A stretch of 47,172 bases of DNA from Mesotaenium endlicherianum (Eukaryota). The stretch spans positions 1 to 47,172 of the forward strand of contig WELA01003381.1 in assembly GCA_009602735.1 (NCBI GenBank), written 5' to 3'. The notes under the pieces are model-generated. The model saw only the letters and a program-made list of their open reading frames with translations, was not told the DNA's origin and did no database searches. Both the position numbers and the translations under genes were made by a program. The stretch's first letter is position 1. Each line of letters begins with the position of its first letter. Of this stretch, positions 24,001 to 34,896 are shown piece by piece.

Positions 24001-26329
24001 GAAAACCTCAGTTTCCGGCTGCTTTTCCCCAACACAGGCATCCAGTAGTTGCTACTCTTTGGGTTCTGGTGGGGGCTTTTTGCCCTCATCCTGACCTTCA
24101 GGCTTTTTTGCCCGATTGTTAGGCGGTGGAGTGGCAGGCTTCGCAGCTTGCTCCTTCGCTTAGTTAGGCTCGACGGCCTGCTTCTTAGGCCTTTTACCTT
24201 TTCCGATGGATTGTCGCCTCTCCTGTCGAGTGGAGTATGTCAGACGCCTCCGAATGGGCTGCCTCAAGAACCTTTGTTAATCTGCTGTAGTCCAACTGGT
24301 CCCCGTTCCTCCCTCTTCACGTGGTGGGGGCGGGTTCGACAAAGGCCACTTTGTTGGATCTGCTCTGGGGTCGATTGTCCAACCCCACTTGCGCTCAATG
24401 GTGGCAATGCGCGCAACGGTTGTGCCAAACTCCTCCCTGGCTGGTGGTGTAACCGTCCATGCTTGTATCAAAGTCTGCGGTCTTTGAGCCGCAACTAGTT
24501 GTGCGTATACAACATTCTCTGCTGTCAAGCGGATTATGGTACTTTTCAGCTTTACCAGTTCCCTTTCAGAAACTGCAGGTGTCCTAGGAGTTGAACTATC
24601 CTTCTCCAACGTTCCAGTGGATGAAGGACGCACCATGGGAATGCGAATTCCCAATGCCATGGCTTTGCAAATCAAACCATCCTCTCCCACTCTTTGCAAA
24701 ATCTCCAGGATAGGTTGTGGAGGAGGAGCCATGGTTCCTTTTGGAACCCCTTCTCTCTGAGCTGCTCCCTTATACTTGAGATAACGCATCAGCATCCGCC
24801 TGAAAGGTGCATTCCCTTCCCGAGCCACCTTTCTTGCTCTACTTGCACGACCGTAAGGATCACCTTGTGTTGGTTCCACCTTAGCGGTGCAAGCAGCCAC
24901 TTCTTGCGGCTGTTGTAGCTGATGTGGGGTAGCTTCTGGTGCTGGAAAACTGGCGGTTGGAGTGCTGGATGTAGGCAACCTCAAATTGTTGTATAGATCC
25001 GTCGGGCTGGGCCCCTCCATTATCAATTGGTCGGCCACCCAGTCATCCGTCTTGAGCTCTTGTAGCTCCAACAGGTCTAGCTCTGGGGTAGGGAAACGTG
25101 GAATTTCTTCCCAAATCTCCTCTTCATTGGTGACTGACGGCAGGTCGAACTCAGGAAGGTCGGGCATCTCTGCCTTATCTTCAATTGAATTCTCCACTTC
25201 AGGTGGTGGTGGCTCTCCATCATTATCTGTGTTGAGCTTCGCCAGGTTGACGATGGCTGATTGCAAAGCGCTTGCCGCTTTAGCCACTTCCTCTTCCTTG
25301 TGCCGTCGAGCGTCTGCTTCCAGCAGCTGCTCCATGATCTGCCTTGTATTGAATTCGGCTGTCTGACTCGCTGAACCCTGCTATTGTCCCTCAGCCTTCG
25401 GCTCTGGGCTCATCAAAGAAGGTGTTGTGGACAATTGCTTGCCCGACTCCTCCTTGCGTTCTTTGAATATCACTTCGAGGCATATGGTCTTTGCAAACCC
25501 TCCAGAATCTCCTGAATTTTGGCTACTCTCTTTAGCTCAATCACCAATATTGCACTGGCGTTCTCTGAGTGATGCTCTGTAGGTATCATGGGACTATTCA
25601 GGGGTCCTATTCAGATACTCTTTAGACGCCCATCTTGGCCCTTCACCAATGCTGCGCTGGCGCTCTTGCACTGATGCTTGGTTTAGATAGTATTCAAAGT
25701 CTTCAAGCGTTGGCTCAGGGGTCTTCGTCTCAGACTCCTCTGACATGTCTTGTAACGGCGCTTGCTCTGATGAAGACGATAGACACTTTTGGTTAGCTTC
25801 CCAGCTACTTGAGCTTTCCTGCCAATATTCTCCGCGCCCTGCTGCTCTTGGGCTGAGGTTGGTATCATACCCTGATCTGGCATCTTCTGGAGTCTCCTCA
25901 CGCCTTGATGTCGCGGCTCCGGAAGGTGGTCTTCCAAATATTTGACCGTGAGTGGCGTTTCTCACAGATGATGGGGTATCCTGCGTATCGTCTTCTGCGC
26001 TTGGCAGCGGCGTCGTCTGCTCAGACGTCTGGTCCCCCATGGGTGTATTCTCTCTTTCCAGAAGTGCTTGTAACCCAGCGGTCCGGTTATCGATCCGGTC
26101 CAACAAATCCTGGCATCTCATCAGTTTAGCTACCCCAGCTTCCCTGAATGCTCTGTCTCTGGCAGCTTCCGCTGCGTCTCTTTGCACACCGTATTCTTCT
26201 TGTTGCTGATGTGCCATCCTAATAGCCCTCTGATCAGATGTTGGCACCACATGGACCCCGATTGTCATTGGTCTTAGCCTTGGCATAGGCTTGTCGGTAA
26301 AGGTCAACTGTTGCCACGTCATGATTGTC

Positions 26330-27318
26330 TCCACCAGCCAAGTCATAGAGTGCTGTCCAATCATATTGCCGAAAATCTTCGCAGCTTCATCTGACCCTAC
26401 AACACCGACTATCTGCCGAGCTATGGTGTCGGGTATTCCAAGACACTTTCCCTTCTCCACCGCAGTAGGCTCTCTCCAAACGGCATCTCTTTCATACATG
26501 TCTTTGACCATTCCTGGTCCACCTCCTATGAAGGCTCGGCATCCTGGATACGTTGTGAAGGTAGGCAGTACCACCCTTGGCTGGCCTGGTTTGTTGATGA
26601 CACACTGTGGATAGGAATCCCTCCTGGTCACTGGCCTGATATGTACCGCCAGCGCCTCTTCCACTGTCAATGCCGTCGGTGATCGCCGCGTAAGGTCCTC
26701 CATCTCTCTCAGGACCTCAATAGGCATGCCGTTGGTCCAAAATGTTCTGGCCCTATGGGATAATCCTCCGTGCTTGGCGTCATCGATTAGCACATGATGA
26801 CCCAAGGTGGAGTCGAAAATCAGCTATGGCTCTCCCGGCTTCATCTGCTTGTAATCCATTCTTGGATGCACGTTCTTAATCACAAACACTGGTGGATGAT
26901 AGTGCTGATATTCGCGCAGCATGCTGATGATTTTCACCATCCATCCCCAATGTTGTGCTCGTGGATCATTGAATCCCCTCCTGTTCCCAGCTTGAGAAAA
27001 CGGTTGACAAGGGAATCCAGCAAAGATCCAGACAATCCTGTAGCCATACAGGTCTTCAGGTTTCACATTAATAATGTTGCCTCCAGCGATGCGCTCAACA
27101 TTGGTGTATGCAGACACCAACCCCTGAAAGTGATGCATTTGCTGCATCTGACTCATGACTTCTCTGAATTCTAGAAAAGCGTGGTTATCATTGTCCACAT
27201 ACAGGATTTTGGCCACCTGTATCCCTTGCTGGATCAATGCTATGGTCCCAGACCCAAGTTCGGCGAACAATTCCAACACCACTACTCCCTTTTTACAAAA
27301 AGGATCTCCCATCCTCAC
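26330..27318 (-). pseudogene. C5 cytosine DNA methyltransferase domain within Pol
   Basis: Motif I VLELFAELGSG, IV AGFPCQPFSQAG, VI VIKNV (ENV decayed), VIII HRARTFW, IX REPTAVE..CLG, X IFGNMI. Same reading frame as the upstream protease and downstream RT. Confidence 0.9.
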
Positions 27319-27599
27319 AATGCCTTATGGCAGCAGCTCGGCTCCAGGCATCAGGTTTGCAGCAGAGGTAACTGGGTAGGGTACTGGCAGCAGCTCTTGC
27401 GGCCCGCGCTCCCTGTTACTCACAATTTCTAGTTGCTCCATAATCCAAGGTTGCCATACCAAGGGTGTTGGCATGTGGATGCTCGTATAGCTTTCCTCTT
27501 CGCGCTTCATGATGTTGTCGTAGGATTCTGGGTACCTGTCGTGAACGCAACAGGCTAGCAGCCCGTAGTTTGCTTCTCCTGTGCAAACCATCTTCACAG

Positions 27600-27852
27600 G
27601 ATTTTCTCCTGTCGGCTGCTAATTTGTTGATTGGTAAGTCACCCTCCGCTTCCGCAGATCAATGACCATACCCAAGGGAATCAGCGCTTCTGTTCCCAAG
27701 AGAACATGATAGTTCTCTGCCTCCGTCATTGCGCACTCCATGAGTAGTGACGCCTCTTCAGGTTTCCCTAAATTTACTGTGATTATCACAGGCTTGCGGA
27801 TAATCCCACAAGACTTTGAGACTTGCCCTGAGGCAGTTTTTAATTGGAAAGG
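27600..27852 (-). pseudogene. C-terminal half of retropepsin protease of DNMT-Gypsy 1
   Basis: PFQLKTASGQVSKSCGII...ENYHVLLGTEALIPLGMVIDL; in frame with the DNMT. Confidence 0.7.
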
Positions 27853-28605
27853 TGAAAAGGGTAGAGTGCCCTAGTGGAAGCGTAGTAACTCACAAGGAAA
27901 GGAACTAGTTGCAATCATCCTAAAAAGTGCAGCGGCATATCACTAAGAAAGCTTAGGAAAATTACTCAACATCTTGAGTAGCAAGAAACTGCTCACAAAT
28001 GATGTAGGATGGAAGGCCTTGTCATTACAAACCCGTAGAAATTTACAGAAGTGAAAACTAATAAGAAATGAAGTAGTTATGCATATTTATAGTTTTCTAC
28101 GACGGCCGCTCGCCCCTAGGCGGGAGGGCCGCTTGGCAACGGATTTTCCTAAGTGTTTGTCAAATTGTCCCTTCCAGAATATTCGTGGAAAGCCAGATCG
28201 GTCTCATCTGACGTGTCGGGCCGATTTGACGTCCACATGCATGCATCAAAATATCATAGAATATACTAACTTAGACGCGCTAGGCTAATCCGAAACTTCT
28301 AGGTAAATCGACCTAGTCGACACTCCGCGTCAGCCAAACTCACGTAAAGGTTCGAATTAACTCTAACGGGCCAGATTGCTCGACGCTGTTGGTCAATCCG
28401 ACGGTCGCGCTCACCGCGAATTAAAGACAGTCGTCAATCGACCTCAAAACTAATTAAACTTTGGAAATCCATAACTCTCTCAATACTTAACCAAATTTGA
28501 TGAACTTTATATCAAAATGGCCAAACAAATGCACTCTACACTTCTATGCAACCAAAACATACTTTTAAGGAAATCAAAAGTGCACTTTGTAAACCTATGC
28601 TTACA
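27853..28605 (-). repeat. 3' LTR (family L4) of the minus-strand chromovirus
   Basis: Begins TGTAAGC just after the PPT and ends CTTTTCA where the protease frame of the host element resumes. Confidence 0.7.
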
Positions 28606-31600
28606 TCACCCCCCTCCTCAAGATGCAAAGTCCTCGACGCATTCTGCAAATAACGTCTCAACTTACTCTTACAATGAGTCAAGTTGGCTTCTGGCTCCCA
28701 AGTGTTGTCGTCCGCATGGTAGCCCTCCCACTTGACCAAATACTCTTGAACAAGTCGTTGACCTCGCTTGACTCGTCGATCGCCGACAATCGCCTCCACT
28801 TCATACTCCAATACATCATCAATCTCGACCGGTGGTGGCGGTGTAGGTAGTCGTCCTGGATGTCCTTCATTCGGGTCAACGTATGGCCGCAGACAACTGA
28901 CATGGAACACATCATGGATACGCCAGCCTGAAGAAAGCTCCAACTTGTAGGTCACTGGATTCACTTGCTTGAGCACCACAAAGGGACCTGTAAACCGTGC
29001 CCGTAGTTTCCTTTTGCCCGTGAAAGGTAGGTTCTCTGTTGACTAGAGTACTTTGTCACCCACATGGAATGTCACTTCCCTCCTGTGCTTGTTAGCATGC
29101 TTGACATGCTCCTCCTGTGCCTTCCAAATACACGTCTTTGCCATATCCCAAGTGTTGGCCATTTGCTCCATAAACGCTTGTGTAGTAGGAACCTGCGTCT
29201 CCTTGGCCTTCTCTAACAAAATGTTCCCTGGATAATATACTTCTCTCCCATAAACCATGGTGAATGGTGACTGCTTGGTCGATCCCTGCATGCTGTCGTT
29301 GTAGGCAAACTCCAACCCTGGCAGCTTCTTGTCCCACTCTGAAGGGTCTTCCATAGTGAAACTCCTGAGCACCTCTTGCAGAGTTCTGTTGAGCCTCTCA
29401 CTCTGCCCGTCTGTCTGAGGATGATAGGAAGTGCTCATACTCAGCTTGGTCCCCATGAAAGTAAACAATGACCACCAAAAGTTGCTAGTAAACCTTGGAT
29501 CCCGGACTTAAACAATCACCTTTGACAACCCATGTAGCCTGGAAATATGATCAAAGAATAGCCGAGCCACATCAGCAGCCGTAAAAGTCTCCTTCATGGG
29601 AATGAAGTGAGCCATCTTGCTGAGCCAATCAGACACAACCCAAATTGCATCGTGCCCTTGACCACTCACTGGTAAGGATGTGATGAAGTCCATAGCAATC
29701 TGCTCCCAAGGATACTATGGAGTAGGCAGGGGCTGCAATGTACCTCCCTTCTTTTGATTTGGTGTCTTGTTTCTCTGGCACGCATTGCAACTTCTGATCC
29801 ACTCCTCAATGTCTTTGTCCATATTTTTTCAATACTACTCCCGCTTCAGCACACTTGCCGTCTTCTCGCTTCCAAAGTGTCCAGCATATAGGTTATCATG
29901 ATACTTCGCAAGTAGTAAGTCTCGTAGCTCCTTGATGTCAGGTACCACCACTCTCTTGGAATCACCTAAGTACCATATGCCGTCTTTCTTCTGCATACTC
30001 GAGTTGAACTCAACTGCTTCACCATCAGCAAACTCTGGGTCCTCCTCATAACCTCTCTGAAGCTTCTCCTTGAAGTCCATACTCTCCTTGATGACTGAGA
30101 CAGCTGCAAGGTCACACCTCCTGGCTAAAGCGTCTGCAGGGTTGATCTTCCCAGGTAAGTACTCAATCTTGTGGTCAAACTGTTGCAGAAACTCCATCCA
30201 CCTTGCCTGTCTTGGTGTCAATGTTGGCTGCGTCATAAACTTCTCCAAGCTCTTGTGGTCGGTCTTGATGAACACCTTCAGGCCGTCCACATAACATCGC
30301 CAAATCCTCAAAGCCTGGATAATAGCCAACATCTCCTGCTCGTGTGCTGCATAATTCTGCTCAGCAGGACTCAACTTCCTGCTCTCATATGCCACACGTT
30401 GTAATCCCTTGCCTTGGTCCTGGAGAAGAATGGCTCCCACTGCAAAATTTGATGCGTCCGTGATGATGGTGAAAGGAAGCGCTGGACTTGCAATTGCCAA
30501 TACAGGTGCCTGTGTCAACAGCTCCTTAATCTTCTCGAAAGCTTGTTGTTCCTTGTCACCCCATAGCCACTTCTCCTGCTTCTTCAACATGTCCGTGAGC
30601 GGTGCACACACCTTGGCAAATCCTTCAATGAAACGTCGATAATGATTTGCCATGCCGAGGAAGCTCCTGAGTTGATAAATATCAACAGGTACCGGCCAAT
30701 CTCTGACTGCTTGCACCTTCTTCTGCTCCACCTTGACTCCTTTAGCTCCCACTATGTGCCCATGAGACAGAATTCGCACTTGCTCATCTTCCCATATAGC
30801 TTCTGATCTCTCAAGACCTCCAACACCTCCCTGAGATGCTCCACATGCTCTTCCAAGGTCTTCGAATAGATTAGGATGTCGTCCAAAAATACCACCACAA
30901 ACTGGTCCTAGTAGGGTCTGAAGATACTATTCATGAGTCCCATGAATGTAGCAGGTGCATTAGTCAATCCGAAACACATGACTGTAAACTCGAATAAACC
31001 ATAGCGAGTCCTGAAAGCAGTCTTCTGAACATCTCCTTTCACAATCCATACCTGGTGATAGCCACTCCTCAAATCGATCTTCAAGAAACACTTCGCCCTG
31101 ACAAGCCCGTCAATTAACTCGTCCACTCGTGGAAGTGGGTACCTGTTCTTGATGGTGATCTTGTTGAGTGCCCGGTAGTCGACACACATCCTCATAGTCC
31201 CATCCTTCTTCTTCACAAATAAGATTGGTGCTGCAAATGGAGACTCGCTGGGTTGGATGAATCCCTTCTCCAATAACTCTGTCAGCTGCTTTTTCAACTC
31301 ATCCAACTTCGCAAACGATTGACAATAGGCGGGTCTCACTGGTGGCTTGCTCCTCGATTCCAACTCGATCTTGTGCTCCATAGCTCTCTGTGGAGGGTAA
31401 TCCTGCAGGTAGCTCCTTAGGAAACACGCACTTGAACTCCCCCAACAGCGCCTTAATTTGGGCAGGCATCTCAGCAGGCTTCTTCTCTTGAGCAGTTGGC
31501 TCTGCTCCTTCTGAGCAAGGGGATCAGACACCACTACTTGCTCCTCCGGCAATGTACATTCGCCCAGGCTGTTAAGATTCATGCTTGCTCCATTTAATGA

Positions 31601-32260
31601 CCTGGCCAAGGCCACCGAAACAAGGTACATCTCCTTCACCTGATTCGCCTTGCATAGCTTCTTAACTTGCAGGCTCGACAGAAGACTGTTACTTGTGGTC
31701 GTATCTACCTCCACCTGTTTTGCTGTCTCCATTCAACCATCACGCCCTTGGACCTTCACTTGTCCTGTGCTCTAGTGCACTTGAGGGTTGGCTTTTCTTA
31801 GCCATGGTTGGCCCAATATCACCTCATGGTGACCTAACTCTGCCTGCTCCATAACCTCCTTACTCCGGTGCCCCGCTACTTCCACGTGAATAGCTTCCGT
31901 AGGTGCACCACACTTGAGTCTCTGCCCATTCGCCAAAATTGCCTCCTTAGGCTCATAATTCTTTTGCACAGGGATTCGCCACTTTTTCACTAGCCTCTTG
32001 TGCACAAAGTTTGCACTTGCGCCACTGTCGACCATACACTTCGCCTTGTTGCCGTCGACTACTCCTTCCACAATGATAGGCTTGTCAACATCTCGTCCTT
32101 TGTTTCTCAACAGGCTCCTGGGGATAACCTCCTTGTGAGTTCTTGTCTTCAAGCTAGTAGGCACCCCAGAACGACTTACTGGCGTCCTCCTTTTTCCTGT
32201 TGTTGAGGTTGCTTCGCCTTCACGCGACAGTCTCGAGCCAGGTGCCCAAGCTTGCCACAA
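28536..32260 (-). pseudogene. pol: Pol polyprotein with chromodomain (disrupted)
   Basis: ORF pieces 31772-32260, 30908-31732, 29835-30779, 29508-29693, 29043-29468 and 28536-28979 in PR-RT-RH-IN-CHD order. Confidence 0.95.
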
Positions 32261-32807
32261 TTATAGCAAGGTCCTCTCGGCTTGACATTTTGCTGCATGT
32301 GCTGGTTCTGCACAAGTCCCAACTTCATAGGTACTGGACCTTGTCCACTCGTGCTTGGCGCTTGAGAACCAAACTGTCGATGTCCTCCAGAGTTTCGGCT
32401 GCCCCACTGCCTCCGACCAGCGTCGACCCTTGTTGCCAATGCCATCCTTTCTCCAAGATTGGTAGGGTCCTTGAGCGCCACTTCCTTGGCCACGGTTGGC
32501 TTGAGTCCCCTCTTGAACTTGTCCATCATCTCCGACTCGTGCATAGATGGACATCAAAGCACCAGCTCGTTGAAGCGCAAAACATACTCCTGAACGCTTC
32601 CTCGTTGACGAAGGCGCACCAATAGATCTCGAGCAGTAACCTTGGGTGCAATAGGTTGAAATTGCCTCTTCAAACCTTCAAATAGCTGATCAACAGTAGC
32701 AGGTTCTCCAGACAGCTGCTCCTGTCGCTCATACCAAGCTCCAGCACACTTCTTCAGCAAAGTAATAACAAAGGCGACTTGCCTGTCAGGCCTGAGCGCA
32801 TAATATT
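32176..32807 (-). pseudogene. gag: Gag (5'-truncated by insertion)
   Basis: Retrotrans_gag-like LRQRGSVQEYVLRFNEL, KFKRGLKP, GPVPMKLG, CCHC knuckle. Confidence 0.9.
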
Positions 32808-33383
32808 TGTAATGAATCAGTATATTGGGTGATACAATATTCATTTAAATAATAAAGTTAAATAAGTTCAGCCTGCTGAACTTTAGTTAACATCGAGTCT
32901 GCTGGACTTTATTAAATCATCAGTTTAATGACTCAGCCGGAAGCAGCAGGCTGAAGTCAACTTAGGTCAGCTTGCTGACAAATTCTTTGACAGTCAGCTG
33001 ACTTCCGTAGTCGGTTGCAGCGAACTGCCTAGATATGCATCTAAGTGTGGTGTGCTAGATGAATGGCCAGATGACATCCTTAGGATGGATGGCGATTCGG
33101 GATGATGGGAGATGGCGGTGGATTTGGTTAACCGAGGTCCTACCAACGTGGTTAACTCCCGGGTAGGCGGTGCCATTGCACTGGCCGTTGAACAGTACAC
33201 TCATTCCATGTACATATGCTAGGCATGCTAGTCTACTCGCATTTGACTTACGAGTATTATTCACTGCAAGTGTGTTGTCCTTTGCCGTTTAACCAGTTAA
33301 CGGGAAATACCATAAAGATTACTTGCTGATATAAAGATCTTTATTAATTGTTAATTGCCTATTTGGTAAGTCGATTCATTTCA
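32808..33383 (+). repeat. 5' LTR (L1) with an internal deletion
   Basis: TGTAATG...ATTTCA. Shorter than other L1 copies; deletion lies between ATGCTAG microhomologies near 33220. Confidence 0.9.
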
Positions 33384-33384
33384 G

Positions 33385-33396
33385 TGGTATCGGAGC
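33385..33396 (+). promoter_or_regulatory. Primer binding site, tRNA-iMet type
   Basis: TGGTATCGGAGC one base after the LTR; the plant consensus is TGGTATCAGAGC. Confidence 0.9.
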
Positions 33397-33417
33397 AGTT
33401 ATCACTGTCTTCTTTGT

Positions 33418-34896
33418 ATGGTAAGGACAAGGTCTCAAACTAGCAACTCCCGAGACATGGAGAACCAGGATAACGAGAAGGTCGAAAACCAGGCAGAAAG
33501 CCATGTAGCGGGAACCCGTACCTATTCTGAAGCAGTGGCAGATACTGCAGCTAGAGAGGCTGCAGATGAGGCAGCTGCTATTGCCGCAGTCGCAGCACAG
33601 CAAGCTGAGGAGGAGAGAGCCAGATTAGAAGCTGAACAATTAGCAAAGGCCGTTAAAGATATAGAAAGGAGGGAAAGACAGCCAACTGATGAGCGCACTG
33701 TCGAGGAACTTATGGCATCAAGGGCCAATGTTCTGAACCCACCTTCTGCTGTACAACTCAATGTACCCCTAGGTCAAATACGTGACCGGTTGAATGCGGC
33801 AGGAATTGCTGCTGCAGGAGCGAGAGGGACTGTTGAGGACACTACTCAGCGAGTAGATGCCAATGCTGCTGCTGCATTTGCTAATCTACCACCCCAAAAT
33901 GTAGACTTGGGAGCATTGTTCGTTCAGATGCAGTCGCAAATGGCGACCATGTATCAGTCCCAACAGGAGGACAAAAGAATCATAATGTCTCTACTGCGGG
34001 ACAGAGACCAACTGGGGTCTCAAACCACTAGTGGTGGTGGCCGAGGGCCTAGTAAGCCCAAGCCAAAACCTCCCCAGGAATATGATCTTGAGGGAAACAA
34101 AAAATATTTCCTGATCAAGTTTCTCGCGGATGTTGAGCAGTGGCTGGAGAACTACCCAGAGCTACAGGATTACGAGAAGGTCAGGCACACTGGTGCTCTA
34201 CGGAAAGGCAGTGCAGCAGACTGGTGGTTGTATTGGAAAGGAGAGCGTAAGGCTTAGCAACTCAATGACCCTACTTGGGTAGAGTTTGTCGAGAAGTTGC
34301 ATGAGAAGTTTGATGTCATCAACCAGCAGGAGAAAGCTATCTATGCGATGATCTCCCTGACACTGAAGCAGACCACTTCAGTTGCTGAGTTTGCTCAAAA
34401 GTTCCAAGATAACATGATGAAGCAGCCCGATTTGCCAGAACGATATAGGATAGCATACTTCAGGTAAGGCTTGAAATCCGAGGTCTCTGGTCATTTTGCT
34501 GAAAAAAAGTATGAGAAACTGGCTGACTTGATCCAGGATGCGGATGCCTGGGATCAGCAGCAGTTCAATCACAAGCGCCAGAGTAATGCTTTGGTGTCTA
34601 AGGTTGTCAAAATGCCCCACGGTTCCTACAATGCAACTGAAGGAGACCAGGCTGAGGATGATCAGGGTGATGGATATGAGTATGAATATAACGCTATACA
34701 GTCTAGAGGTAGAGGTGGTTCCTCTCGAGGCGGCTATGGAAGAGGTGGTGGTAGGACTAAGCCGAGACCAGCCTCAGCAAAATTTGTTTGCTTCCATTGT
34801 CAGCAGTTGGGCCACTACAGAGAACAGTGTCCAGTCAAGCACCTTCCTAAGGTCAAGAGAAAAGACCAGCCTTTAAAAGACAGCAAAAGTCAGTAA
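33418..34896 (+). pseudogene. gag: Gag with two in-frame stops
   Basis: Single frame across stops at 34255 and 34465; AADWW capsid-like region, RGG stretch, CFHCQQLGHYREQC knuckle. Confidence 0.9.

Larger units (their letters stand above)
18246..27852 (-). mobile_element. DNMT-carrying Ty3/Gypsy element 1 (PR-DNMT-linker-RT-RH-IN-PHD, PPT, 3' LTR); 5' part displaced by a nested insertion
   Basis: Domain motifs listed in the sub-features. PPT directly before an LTR starting TGTAAGGG. Protease interrupted at 27852/27853 by another element's LTR. Confidence 0.9.
27853..32807 (-). mobile_element. Chromovirus-type Ty3/Gypsy element (gag partial, PR-RT-RH-IN-chromodomain, PPT, 3' LTR) nested in DNMT-Gypsy 1
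   Basis: Zn knuckle [55 protein letters not shown]; chromodomain YEVEAI..EYLVKWEGY..NTWEP; PPT GAGGAGGGGG near 28610-28619. Confidence 0.95.
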
